Positions 9,252-17,996 of a stretch of 64,000 nt of DNA are shown piece by piece. Source of the DNA: a virus. Every line of letters begins with the position of its first letter. Position 1 is the first letter of the stretch. A program made the position numbers and the translations under genes. The DNA lies in the IMG/VR virus record IMGVR_UViG_3300048592_000616, positions 9,424-73,423 of that record. One strand, 5' to 3'. Below the pieces are notes generated by a model. It had not been told where the DNA came from, searched no databases, and saw only the letters and a program-made list of their open reading frames with translations.

Positions 9252-9498
9252 GGCAACCGAGTGGCGCGAGTGCAAGGACGACCGCGACTGGGTGACCGTC
9301 GCCAAGCGCAAGGGGTACGAGGTCCGGTCGGGCAAGGGATCGCATACGTGCCTGGAGGTTAACGGCCGAAGCATCCCTGTTCCCAAAGGCGAGACGCGCA
9401 AGGGGACCAAGTCGTCTATCCTGCGGTCGCTGGCCGCAGCGGGGGCGATGGTCTTCGCCGGGTTCCTGGTGTTTACGATGCTGGCCACGGTCGCGTGA
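9244..9498 (+). CDS. HicA-like toxin with C-terminal hydrophobic helix
   Basis: KGYEVRSGKGSH...IPVP...KGTKSSIL, then AMVFAGFLVFTMLATVA. Confidence 0.65.
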   Translation: MTRATEWRECKDDRDWVTVAKRKGYEVRSGKGSHTCLEVNGRSIPVPKGETRKGTKSSILRSLAAAGAMVFAGFLVFTMLATVA

Positions 9499-9512
9499 CC
9501 GAGGCATGAGAG

Positions 9513-9538
9513 AAGCCGCTCCAACGAGCGGCTTTTTT
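9513..9538 (+). terminator. Intrinsic terminator
   Basis: AAGCCGCTC-caac-GAGCGGCTT-TTTT. Confidence 0.85.
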
Positions 9539-9549
9539 GTTGGCCGTTA

Positions 9550-9579
9550 TTGACAGTTGTTAAGGCGTGCCGTTATAAT
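9550..9579 (+). promoter_or_regulatory. Consensus sigma70 promoter
   Basis: TTGACA-N18-TATAAT. Confidence 0.75.
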
Positions 9580-9628
9580 TCCAAGTGGGTGTGGTGTAAG
9601 CGGCCGCCCGGCCGCGGAGGGTAGAGAA

Positions 9629-9832
9629 TTGGATAACGACGCAGCAGACGACGTAGACGACGGCCGTATGGTGACGGTCAGCATTTCGGTGGATCAGTCG
9701 CTGGTGGACGCTCTGGACGACGAGAAGCGCCGCCAGGACCGTTCGCGCTCGTGGATCGTGCGTCAGGCCATCGCGCAGTATCTCGAGAAGCAACAGAGCC
9801 GCCGAGCGCCGGAGGGTCCGCGCCATGCGTAA
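9629..9832 (+). CDS. CopG-like ribbon-helix-helix regulator
   Basis: VTVSISVDQSLVDALD...RSRSWIVRQAIAQYL; TTG start after GGAGG (alternative ATG at 9668). Confidence 0.8.
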   Translation: MDNDAADDVDDGRMVTVSISVDQSLVDALDDEKRRQDRSRSWIVRQAIAQYLEKQQSRRAPEGPRHA

Positions 9833-10205
9833 GGACGGCACGCTCCTACTGGTCTTGTTGGCCCTGGCGCTGGCCGGGCTGGGGATGATGAGCTTCTCGG
9901 CCCGCGGCGCGGCGCAGGACAGCTACACCTACGAGTCGCTCCCCAAGTCCGGCTACCAGATGGTCATAACCTCGCGCACGACCGCGGCGGCCGATGACGG
10001 CGGCGGTCGCCTGTTGCTGTTGGGCGTGGGGCTGATGGCGTCGGTCGTCGTGTTTCTCGGCGGCTCGCTGTTGGCGATGAACGGCGGGGCGAAGGTCTTG
10101 AAGGAGTTTCGGCTGACGCGCCGCGCCCAGCGCCGGTCGTCCCGCGCCCCGGCCGCGCCCGGTCGCCTGCCCGCCCTGCCGTCGCTGTACGAGGACACAC
10201 CATGA
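9825..10205 (+). CDS. Membrane protein (signal peptide plus TM helix)
   Basis: Two hydrophobic segments; overlaps both neighbours. Confidence 0.65.
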   Translation: MRKDGTLLLVLLALALAGLGMMSFSARGAAQDSYTYESLPKSGYQMVITSRTTAAADDGGGRLLLLGVGLMASVVVFLGGSLLAMNGGAKVLKEFRLTRRAQRRSSRAPAAPGRLPALPSLYEDTP

Positions 10206-11827
10206 CGCGCAGCCGCCTCCTCGCGCTACTGACGTTGTTGGCGCTGTTGGGCGTCGGCTGCGGCGGCGCGGCGACAACCACTCCCGGCCAACAGCCGCCG
10301 ATGGTCTTCTACTCCGACCAGGCGGCCGTCGATGCCCAGGCGACGCTGGCGGTCTACGCTTTCCAGGTGACGGCCGTCGCCCAGGCCACCCAGGAGGCCC
10401 AGCAGCGGGCCGTGGAGGCGACCAGGGCTGTCCAGCAGGCAACGGCCGACGCGCAGGCCATCGCGGCCCAACAAGCCACCGCCCAGGCCGTCCAGGCCAC
10501 GTCTACGGCGCAGTCTATGGCGATGGTCGCCACGGCGACGGCCGATGCGCTGTCGGCGCAGGCCACGGTGCAGGCGCTGACCATCGACGCCACGCGACAG
10601 TCGGCGGCCATCGTGGCCACGGCGTCGGCCGAGCAGCGCGCCGCCGATGCCGAGCAGCAGCTGGTGGCGGCCGAGATGGCGCGCCTCCAGGTCGAGCAGC
10701 AGGCCCGGCAGGCGGCCGTTGAGCGGGCGCGCATGCTGAACCAGATGTTGCCCTGGGGCATTGCGGCGACGGTGCTGGCGATGCTGGCCGTCGTGGGCGC
10801 GGTGCTGTGGCGGATCATCACCCAGGCCCGGCCGCAGCAGGCGGGCGATATGTGGCTGGCCTATGTGGACGGACGCCCGCACGTCATCGACGTCACGCCG
10901 TCGGCCGGGCGGCTGAGTTCGCCCCGCCCGCAGCTCCCGGCGACGACGGGGACCGACAACGACGCCGAGGCGGTGCCGCTGCTGCGGCCGTCGCGCGGTC
11001 ATGCCATGTTCGCCGGGCCGACGGGATCGGGCAAGTCCACGGCCATGCGCTACTTCCTGGAGCCGCGGCCGCACGTGGTCGTCATCGACCCGCACAGTAT
11101 GCCCGGCGACTGGCCCGGCGCGACGGTGATCGGCGCGGGCCGGAACTTCGACCAGATACAGGGCTACATGCAGTCGATGCAGTCGCTGCTGGCCGACCGC
11201 TATGAGCAACGCGCCGAGGGCGTGCGCGACTTTGAGAGTATCACCGTCGCCGTGGACGAGATGCCCGCCATCGTGGCCGCGCTCGGCCGGTCCATCGAGG
11301 ACATGTGGAAGGAGTGGCTGCGCGAGGGGCGCAAGGTGGGCCTGGACCTGCTCATCTCCACCCAGTCCCTGCGCGTCAAGACGCTGGGCATTGAGGGCGA
11401 GGGCGACCTGCGCGAAAATTTCGCGCTTGTGCTGGCCCTGGGGCAGACGGCGCTACGCGAGTTCCCGGCCCAGGCCCAGGGGATGCGCTGGCCCGCCGTG
11501 ATGTACACCCCGCAAAGCGGCCCGCGCCCGGTCATCATCCCGCAAATGCCGGAGACGGCCGTCTCGGTCGCCAACGGTAACGGCCACACCCGCCCGCCCG
11601 TCCGCGAGTGGCCGGTGATCTTGCCCGCCCCGACCAACGACCCCAACAACGTCACGCCGGAAATGCGTCGGCAGATCGTCCGGCTGGGCCAGATGGGCCA
11701 CTCCATCTCGGCCATCCAGCGCGCCGTCTTCCCGACCTACTCCAGCAGCGGCGGCCATGCCTTTGCCCGCATCAAGGACATCCTGCAGGCCGAAGGCGTT
11801 CTGGAGCCGTCCTCGTCGGCCGACTGA
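10202..11827 (+). CDS. Membrane-anchored FtsK/HerA-superfamily P-loop ATPase
   Basis: Lipobox-like LGVGC, Ala/Gln/Thr coiled coil, TM helix, Walker A GPTGSGKS, Walker B VAVDE, REGRK Arg finger, STQ motif, C-terminal HTH-like segment. Confidence 0.8.
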   Translation: MTRSRLLALLTLLALLGVGCGGAATTTPGQQPPMVFYSDQAAVDAQATLAVYAFQVTAVAQATQEAQQRAVEATRAVQQATADAQAIAAQQATAQAVQATSTAQSMAMVATATADALSAQATVQALTIDATRQSAAIVATASAEQRAADAEQQLVAAEMARLQVEQQARQAAVERARMLNQMLPWGIAATVLAMLAVVGAVLWRIITQARPQQAGDMWLAYVDGRPHVIDVTPSAGRLSSPRPQLPATTGTDNDAEAVPLLRPSRGHAMFAGPTGSGKSTAMRYFLEPRPHVVVIDPHSMPGDWPGATVIGAGRNFDQIQGYMQSMQSLLADRYEQRAEGVRDFESITVAVDEMPAIVAALGRSIEDMWKEWLREGRKVGLDLLISTQSLRVKTLGIEGEGDLRENFALVLALGQTALREFPAQAQGMRWPAVMYTPQSGPRPVIIPQMPETAVSVANGNGHTRPPVREWPVILPAPTNDPNNVTPEMRRQIVRLGQMGHSISAIQRAVFPTYSSSGGHAFARIKDILQAEGVLEPSSSAD

Positions 11828-11931
11828 CCTTATTTCTCGGCCAGGGGGTTGACCTGACGGCTGAACTACTGTAGTATGCTTATATCGTACTGATAGCAAG
11901 GCGAGACAAACGACACAGGAGAACAACACCT

Positions 11932-12273
11932 ATGAGTAGCTATTACACCCGCGCCACGAAGCGCGGACGCGGCACCGGGCCGACGGCCCGAACGACGATC
12001 AGCGGCGACGCGGCAGACTTCCTCTTCCTGCTGCTTTACAGCCGCGGGCTAAACAGCGTGTCCGGCGGCGTGCAGCTCGTCATGGACGACCTGCTGCAGG
12101 GCAACGCGGACGCGCAGCGATACTATGACGCCGCCGAGGCCATGGTCGCCAACGCGGTCGAGATGTGGGCGGCCGAGAACGGCGGCGAGGAACCGGACCG
12201 CAGCCAGCTGTGGCGCTTCATCTCCGACAACCTGGATCGGGTGATGACGTCGGTCAAGGAGACGGCCGACTGA
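11932..12273 (+). CDS. Hypothetical protein
   Basis: RBS AGGAG; upstream promoter TTGACC...TATGCT. Confidence 0.6.
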   Translation: MSSYYTRATKRGRGTGPTARTTISGDAADFLFLLLYSRGLNSVSGGVQLVMDDLLQGNADAQRYYDAAEAMVANAVEMWAAENGGEEPDRSQLWRFISDNLDRVMTSVKETAD

Positions 12274-12369
12274 CCCCGACTCCCACCCCGACTCAAGTCC
12301 GACCCGACCCCGACCCCGACTCCGACTGGCCCGACCCCGGCCAACGGCCGTCGGGGTCGGGGTCTTTTT
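12273..12369 (+). repeat. Degenerate CCGAC/ACCCCG hexamer repeats ending in an inverted repeat and T-tract
   Basis: accccgac tcccaccccgac tcaagtccgacccgaccccgaccccgactccgac...ccgacccc...gtcggggtcggggtc ttttt. Confidence 0.75.
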
Positions 12370-12383
12370 GTTATAGCAGCCCA

Positions 12384-12412
12384 TTGACACGCCAAGTTTG
12401 CCCTGCTACCAT
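12384..12412 (+). promoter_or_regulatory. parA promoter
   Basis: TTGACA-N17-TACCAT with TG extension; downstream ACAATGTGT direct repeat (12444-12463) is a candidate operator. Confidence 0.65.
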
Positions 12413-12495
12413 AAGACTGAACTCACGTGCGCCCACTGTGCGCACAATGTGTATACAATGTGTGTGTGCACTCACTACCAAGACGGAGGCAACAA

Positions 12496-13305
12496 GTGAA
12501 GGTTAAGATCATTGCAGTGACCAATAACAAAGGTGGCGTCGGTAAATCGACGACGGCCGGGAATGTCGCGGCTGCTCTCTCCGAGCGGGGGCCGACGCTC
12601 ATCGTCGATCTTGATCCGCAGGGCAACATGAGTGACTTCTTCGGGGTCAGGGATCGCGTTGGGGATCGGTGCGTCAGCCGGTTACTGTTGGGACAGGCAA
12701 CATTGCGGGAAAGCGTTGTCTCGCTGGATCGGCCGGAGGATGGACTAAACCGGCCGCGCCTGTTTCTGCTACCGGCTAGTGCGGACCTGGAGGAGGCCGG
12801 TGAGTCGTTGATCCTCGCGGACTATCAGGCCGCGCGACGCCCCGGCAGTAGAGCGGTCCCGCTAAAGAACTGTCTGAGCCACTGGTTGGCATCGGCCACG
12901 GACGTTTTTCAGTACATCGTCATTGACTGCCCGCCGAAGCTCGACGTGTTGAAAGCGGCCGTTTACCACTTCGCCCAAGCGTTGGTGGTTCCTACCAAGC
13001 CTGACCATTTGAGCATGGTTGGCGTCCGGCAACACACCGAGGACCTGGAGCGTTATCGCGCCGATGGAGCCACGGCTCGTCTTCGCTACATCTTGCCGAC
13101 GATGGTTCAGCCGCGGCAAGTCATGGACCGGCAGATGCTGATCGAGTTGATCTCGGTCTACGGTCGGGATCGCATTGCCGCCCCTATCCCCCTGGCCGTC
13201 GCCGTCAAGGAGAGCAGCGGCAGCGGTGGACGCACGATATTCGAGTATCAACCGGATCACGCAGCCGCCAAGGCGTATAAGCACCTGGCCGGGAGACTTG
13301 CCTGA
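12496..13305 (+). CDS. parA: ParA/Soj-family partition ATPase
   Basis: NNKGGVGKST, DLDPQGN, VIDCPP; RBS ACGGAGG before GTG at 12496. Confidence 0.92.
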   Translation: MKVKIIAVTNNKGGVGKSTTAGNVAAALSERGPTLIVDLDPQGNMSDFFGVRDRVGDRCVSRLLLGQATLRESVVSLDRPEDGLNRPRLFLLPASADLEEAGESLILADYQAARRPGSRAVPLKNCLSHWLASATDVFQYIVIDCPPKLDVLKAAVYHFAQALVVPTKPDHLSMVGVRQHTEDLERYRADGATARLRYILPTMVQPRQVMDRQMLIELISVYGRDRIAAPIPLAVAVKESSGSGGRTIFEYQPDHAAAKAYKHLAGRLA

Positions 13306-13619
13306 TGGATAACCTCTTAGACCAACTCGATAACACCAAGCCAACATCTAGGCAGTTTGACAAGACCGTCTCGACAGCCAGCGCCACGGCCGTAAAAGCG
13401 GCCGTCGGCAGCAAAGGTGCCACCGAAAAGCGAAAGACGATCTATCTCGCCCCGGAGGTGCAGGAATACATCCAGCAAACGGCTGACGATCTGGGCATTG
13501 GCGTGATGGCTTGCTATCGCTTTCTTTTGGTTCTCGGCCTTGAGGCTGTCCAGAATGGGCGGCGGCCGGAAGTGGTATCCGTCTCTTCTCGACTGACGAC
13601 CGACGACTGGCGGCCGTAG
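13305..13619 (+). CDS. Putative ParA partner (ParG-like RHH centromere-binding protein)
   Basis: Coupled to parA; flexible N-terminus then RKTIYLAPEV beta-alpha-alpha pattern. Confidence 0.5.
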   Translation: MDNLLDQLDNTKPTSRQFDKTVSTASATAVKAAVGSKGATEKRKTIYLAPEVQEYIQQTADDLGIGVMACYRFLLVLGLEAVQNGRRPEVVSVSSRLTTDDWRP

Positions 13620-13625
13620 ACAAGC

Positions 13626-13653
13626 AAAAGGGCCACCTCGCGGTGGCCCTTTT
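13626..13653. terminator. Intrinsic terminator
   Basis: AAAAGGGCCACC-tcgc-GGTGGCCCTTTT. Confidence 0.85.
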
Positions 13654-13907
13654 GGTGGGGCCGGGCGACCCCACTATACCAACGAACGAACCTTTAGCCG
13701 ACGGAGGCAGAAGATTCAGGACCACTATACCAGACATCCCCCACCCCCGCCAACCGCATATCATGAGTGCCGCATGAGTTAAACATTAGCGGCGGGTTAT
13801 TTTCTGCTATCATGCGGGTCAACGACGATCACACGCTGGAACTTTGTGAAACCGATGGCAACCGAACGGAGGGAAACCGATTTGGACAACAAAGGTGAAA
13901 GTAAGTT

Positions 13908-14126
13908 ATGGGCCTACAAGGAGTTTCGGTCCCGACGCAACAGCGTGGCCAGTTAGGGGCGAACTGTCGGGAGGCATGTTGTTTGGAGACGCTCCAAACG
14001 ATCTTGACCGCGAGGGAGTTAACGGGGCTGATCGAGCGCCGGGAAAAGACCGCCCAGCTGCAGGCGGCGGTCCTGGCTGCAAGGGAACGTTTATCGGACG
14101 AGTTTGAGAAGTATCGTTTGAACTGA
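13908..14126 (+). CDS. Hypothetical protein
   Basis: ORF with RBS-like AAGGTG; helical composition. Confidence 0.4.
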   Translation: MGLQGVSVPTQQRGQLGANCREACCLETLQTILTARELTGLIERREKTAQLQAAVLAARERLSDEFEKYRLN

Positions 14127-14178
14127 GCCGGGGCGGGAGGGAAGCCCACCTTGGCGACAGTGAAAGCAGGGGGTATCA

Positions 14179-14883
14179 ATGAAGGTTCTGATCGTGGACT
14201 CCAACGCGGAGTTCGCAAAGATGGTGGCGGCCGGATTACAGATGTTCGGCCACACGGCCGACGTGGCCCTGACCGCCGATGAAGCACTGACGCACTTAGC
14301 CTCCCTCGAATATTCAATGGTCGTCGTCGGCCTCCCATCGGCCGCCGCGTTTCTCCGCAAGGCCAAGCAGGTCGATGTCACGTTGTCGGCCGTTGTGTTG
14401 GGCCTGTCGCCCAGCGTGGCCGACGTGGTCGAGGTCCTGCGCGGCGGACCCAACGCCCTGGCCATCGACTACATCGTCAAGCCCGAGCCGCACCTGATCC
14501 GGCGCGTGGCTGAGGACATCGACGCCTACTTCACGCGGCTCCATGTGGGCGAGCTGATGGTAGACCGGAAGCTGCGGCGCGCGTACTGGGCCGGGGAAGA
14601 GCTGCAACTGTCGCCGGTCGAGCACGCCATCCTGACCACCTTCGCGATGAAGCCCTGGCAGGACATCACCTACGAGGAGCTGGCGCAGGCCGTTTACGAG
14701 AAGCCCGTCGCCCACGGCCGGGCCATGCGGATGTTGCGCGCGCCGCTTTCCCGGCTCCGCACCAAGCTCTCGGCTGCGGCCGGGCGGGATGTCATCATCT
14801 ACGGCTACAACGACGGCAACCGCTTGATCCCGTCATCGCCGCTGTACAAGACGGCGACGGCCGTCACCGACCCAGCCCCTTAA
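14179..14883 (+). CDS. OmpR/PhoB-family regulator with degenerate receiver domain
   Basis: MKVLIVD...DYIVKP receiver, then winged-helix domain (LSPVE..IL...ITYEEL...RLRTKL). Confidence 0.85.
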   Translation: MKVLIVDSNAEFAKMVAAGLQMFGHTADVALTADEALTHLASLEYSMVVVGLPSAAAFLRKAKQVDVTLSAVVLGLSPSVADVVEVLRGGPNALAIDYIVKPEPHLIRRVAEDIDAYFTRLHVGELMVDRKLRRAYWAGEELQLSPVEHAILTTFAMKPWQDITYEELAQAVYEKPVAHGRAMRMLRAPLSRLRTKLSAAAGRDVIIYGYNDGNRLIPSSPLYKTATAVTDPAP

Positions 14884-14918
14884 CCAGCGCCCGGACCAGC
14901 ACCGGGCGCTGGTCTTTC
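14884..14918 (+). terminator. Intrinsic terminator
   Basis: CCAGCGCCCGG...CCGGGCGCTGG-TCTTT. Confidence 0.7.
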
Positions 14919-14929
14919 ACCGCTCCCTA

Positions 14930-14958
14930 TTGACATTTGACGTTGGCCGTATTATCAT
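14930..14958 (+). promoter_or_regulatory. Sigma70 promoter
   Basis: TTGACA-N17-TATCAT. Confidence 0.7.
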
Positions 14959-15083
14959 GCGTTTCTGCCGGTTCCTGATGGTTGCTAAACCAACACCAGG
15001 GATCGACGGGCGGGACCCACAGTAATTGACCTGTTGTTTCAGCATCACTTCCTCGACGGCCCGCTAATAACAATTGTTAGTGC

Positions 15084-15111
15084 TTGACAAAAGGCCGCTG
15101 CGATGTATGAT
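15084..15111 (+). promoter_or_regulatory. Sigma70 promoter for the rep leader
   Basis: TTGACA-N16-TATGAT. Confidence 0.6.
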
Positions 15112-15120
15112 GATGTAGCA

Positions 15121-15223
15121 AAGAAAAACCCGCTGGTCTGGAAAACAGGCGGGTCTCTTTTGCGAAAACTATAACCGGGTGCCGGAGGGTTTCACGTTCC
15201 TGGCAGCCCGTTGTTGGACGTTG
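15121..15223 (-). ncRNA. Putative countertranscript RNA controlling rep
   Basis: Lies between the antisense promoter and the ACCCGC...GCGGGT hairpin flanked by A- and T-tracts (15121-15161). Confidence 0.45.
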
Positions 15224-15228
15224 CGAGA

Positions 15229-15257
15229 ATGATAGCATGCGGCGTCCTCTCTGTCAA
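15229..15257 (-). promoter_or_regulatory. Antisense promoter in the rep leader
   Basis: Minus strand reads TTGACA-N17-TATCAT with TG extension. Confidence 0.7.
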
Positions 15258-15278
15258 GCAATTTCTTAAGGAGACGCC

Positions 15279-16514
15279 ATGCGCGACGACGGTACAACTA
15301 CCTTTGTTCGGATGCCCGACAGCTTCGGGTTCACCCAGGTTCCCAACCCAACCGTATACGACGGCCGCCTGCCCTTCGAGGCGCTGGGCCTGCTGACGCT
15401 GCTTCTAGCGAAGTGCGAGCTGGCCGCCAACCGCGGCGGCCGGTGGGAGATACGCAACCGGCACCTGTACGCGATCTGCAAGGAGCGCAGCGGCTGGGGC
15501 CGGGAGAAGACCGACAAGCTGCTGGCGACCTTGACCCGGCTCGGCTACCTGGTCAGCGAGTGCCACCGCGACGGCGGCCGCTTCGCCTGGACGCGGACGC
15601 TCTACAGTTGCCCGATCCTCAACGTCGAGTACATGGCGACGGCCGAGGGCGCGGCGTTTCGCCAGGAGGTCGTCGGCCGTCACGGCACGGCCAAGGTGGC
15701 GCTGCTGGAGGATATCGCCACCGCATACGGCAAACCCGTAGACGGTGGGGACGCCACCATATACGGCTCCACCGGGTACGGTGAACCAGTAGATATAACA
15801 CAGACTCTTAATAACACAGATGATCATATACGCGCGCGCGAGGAAGCGACCGAAGACGCCGCGCCCGAACAAACCGAACCGGCCCGACCGGCGGCCGCCT
15901 CCAAACCCGAACAAACCGAAGAAGTCGAACAAACCGAACCCGTCTTCACGGCCGAGATGGCCTACCTCGTCAACGCTTTGGTGGATGTGACCGGCCTGCG
16001 GGCGCGGACGGCGCGGGGCGGGTGGACGCGAGCCTTCGAGGAGAGCCACGTCCCGCTGGCCCGCGAGCTGGCGGCCGCCGGGGTGACGCCCGACCAGGTG
16101 CGGGCGTGGTACGGCGATCCGGCCGGGTACTGGTACGCCGGGGACTGGCGCAGCCACGACCGGCTCGGCAAGCCGGTGCAGCCGCGGCACTGGCAGATCG
16201 AGGAGACCTACGGCCGGGCGGAGACGTGGACGGCGGCCGAGGCGAGGCCGGAGCTGGCGCAGCGCCCGCGCGGCGAGAGCGAGGGCGCGACCCAGTGGGA
16301 GCAGGTCTACAACGGCCTGCGGCGCTACGGGTTCCGCAAGTATAGCCAGTGGCGCGACGGCCTCGATGAACGGGCACAGCGGGCCGTCTCGGCCATCGGC
16401 GGGAGCAACCTGGCGGAGACGCCGGAGAAGGAGATGAACCCGGCCGGGTACAACACCGCCCGCCGGCGGTTCCTGGACTTGTACAACGGCGGCACCCTGG
16501 CCGCTGCGGACTGA
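15279..16514 (+). CDS. Replication initiator (N-terminal HTH, internal origin repeats)
   Basis: FTQVPN..DGRL..EALGLL N-terminus typical of phage initiators; internal repeats and AT-rich patch; immediately upstream of DnaB. Confidence 0.75.
   Translation: MRDDGTTTFVRMPDSFGFTQVPNPTVYDGRLPFEALGLLTLLLAKCELAANRGGRWEIRNRHLYAICKERSGWGREKTDKLLATLTRLGYLVSECHRDGGRFAWTRTLYSCPILNVEYMATAEGAAFRQEVVGRHGTAKVALLEDIATAYGKPVDGGDATIYGSTGYGEPVDITQTLNNTDDHIRAREEATEDAAPEQTEPARPAAASKPEQTEEVEQTEPVFTAEMAYLVNALVDVTGLRARTARGGWTRAFEESHVPLARELAAAGVTPDQVRAWYGDPAGYWYAGDWRSHDRLGKPVQPRHWQIEETYGRAETWTAAEARPELAQRPRGESEGATQWEQVYNGLRRYGFRKYSQWRDGLDERAQRAVSAIGGSNLAETPEKEMNPAGYNTARRRFLDLYNGGTLAAAD
15726..15938 (+). repeat. Probable replication origin: iterons and AT-rich tract within rep
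   Basis: TACGG repeats, TAACACAGA x2 in an AT-rich patch, CGAACAAACCGAA x3 (15866, 15908, 15926). Confidence 0.6.
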
Positions 16515-16552
16515 ACGAACGAACATAGGCAACGACGGAGGCAACGAAACTC

Positions 16553-17941
16553 ATGGCAGGATACAACGGACACGGCGCGGCGACGGCCGCTATGCCGGTC
16601 ATTGAAGACAAACTCCCCCCGCACAACCTCGACGCCGAGGCGGCCGTGCTGGGATCGATCCTGATCGACCCCGACTGCCTGCTGGAGCTGACCCCCTTCT
16701 TGCGGCCGGAGGACTTTTACCGGATGGCCCACCGCTGGGTGTATGAGGCCCTGGTGGCGATGGCCGAGCGTGGCGAGCCGGTGGACTTTCTGACGATCGC
16801 ATCAGAGATGACCCGGCGTGGGCAGTTGGCGGAGATCGGCGGTGAACCGGCGCTGATCCAGATGATCAACGAGGTGCCCACGTCGGTCAATGCCGAGCAC
16901 TACGGCCGTCTGGTGGCCGATGCCGGGCAGCGTCGCCGGATGATCGACGCCGCCGGGCGCGTGGCCAAGCTGGCCTACGACGAAGACCTGCCGGTGGATG
17001 AGATGGTGTCGCGGGCCGAGGCGGCCGTCTTCGCCGCTTCGGCCGGGCTGGCCTATGAGACGGTCCAGACGGCCGCTATGGCGATGGGCCATCTGTACGA
17101 TGTGACGATGGAGCGTCACGCCAACCCCGACCGCCTGGTGGGCCTGCCGACCGGGCTGCTCGACCTGGACCGGATATTAGGCGGGTTCAAGCGGTCGGAC
17201 ATGATCACCCTGGCGGCGCGGCCGGGCATGGGCAAGACCGCGCTGGCGCTGGGGACGGCGCTGCACACCGCCCACCGGCTGGGCAAGCGCGTGGCGCTGT
17301 TTAACCTGGAGATGTCGGCCGAACAACTGACGCGGCGGTTGGTGGCGATGGAGGCTGACCTGCCGTATGGCGACATCGAGAAGGGGCATCTGGGACCGGC
17401 CGAGATGGAGCGGTTCACGCGGGCCGTCGGCGAGCTGTCACGGGACCGGCTGTGGATCGACGCCACGTCGGGGCTGTCGCTGCCGCAGATCGCCTCGCGT
17501 TGCCGCCGCCTGTACGCCGAGTACGGACTGGACCTGATCATCATCGACTACATCGGCCTGATCCAGACCGCGACCGGCGAAAAGTTCTTCTCGTCCAACG
17601 ACCGCATCTCAGCCATCTCCCAGGGAGTCAAGCGGCTGGCGAGCGAGTTGGATACCCCGGTGCTGGCCCTGTCGCAGCTCAACCGCGGGGTGGAGGCGCG
17701 CAGTGACAAGCGGCCGATGCTGGCCGACCTGCGCGACAGTGGCGCTATCGAGCAGGACAGTGACGTCGTGATCTTCATCTACCGCGACGACTACTACAAC
17801 CCGGAGACCAGCGACCGGCCGAACGTGGCCGAGATCATCGTCGCCAAGCACCGCAACGGCCAGACCGGCGACGCCGAAGCGTTCTGGCACGCCCCGCGCG
17901 CCGCGTTTAAGAACCTGGAAAAGCGCGGCATCACGCTGTGA
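16553..17941 (+). CDS. dnaB: Replicative DNA helicase
   Basis: PPHNLDAEAAVLG, AARPGMGKT, FNLEMS, IIDYIGL, LSQLNR, DLRDSGAIEQDSD, KHRNG. Confidence 0.97.
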   Translation: MAGYNGHGAATAAMPVIEDKLPPHNLDAEAAVLGSILIDPDCLLELTPFLRPEDFYRMAHRWVYEALVAMAERGEPVDFLTIASEMTRRGQLAEIGGEPALIQMINEVPTSVNAEHYGRLVADAGQRRRMIDAAGRVAKLAYDEDLPVDEMVSRAEAAVFAASAGLAYETVQTAAMAMGHLYDVTMERHANPDRLVGLPTGLLDLDRILGGFKRSDMITLAARPGMGKTALALGTALHTAHRLGKRVALFNLEMSAEQLTRRLVAMEADLPYGDIEKGHLGPAEMERFTRAVGELSRDRLWIDATSGLSLPQIASRCRRLYAEYGLDLIIIDYIGLIQTATGEKFFSSNDRISAISQGVKRLASELDTPVLALSQLNRGVEARSDKRPMLADLRDSGAIEQDSDVVIFIYRDDYYNPETSDRPNVAEIIVAKHRNGQTGDAEAFWHAPRAAFKNLEKRGITL

Positions 17942-17996
17942 TCGCGGATTGGGGATTGACGGCCAGTTTACATGTGTGGTATGATACGGTAACACT

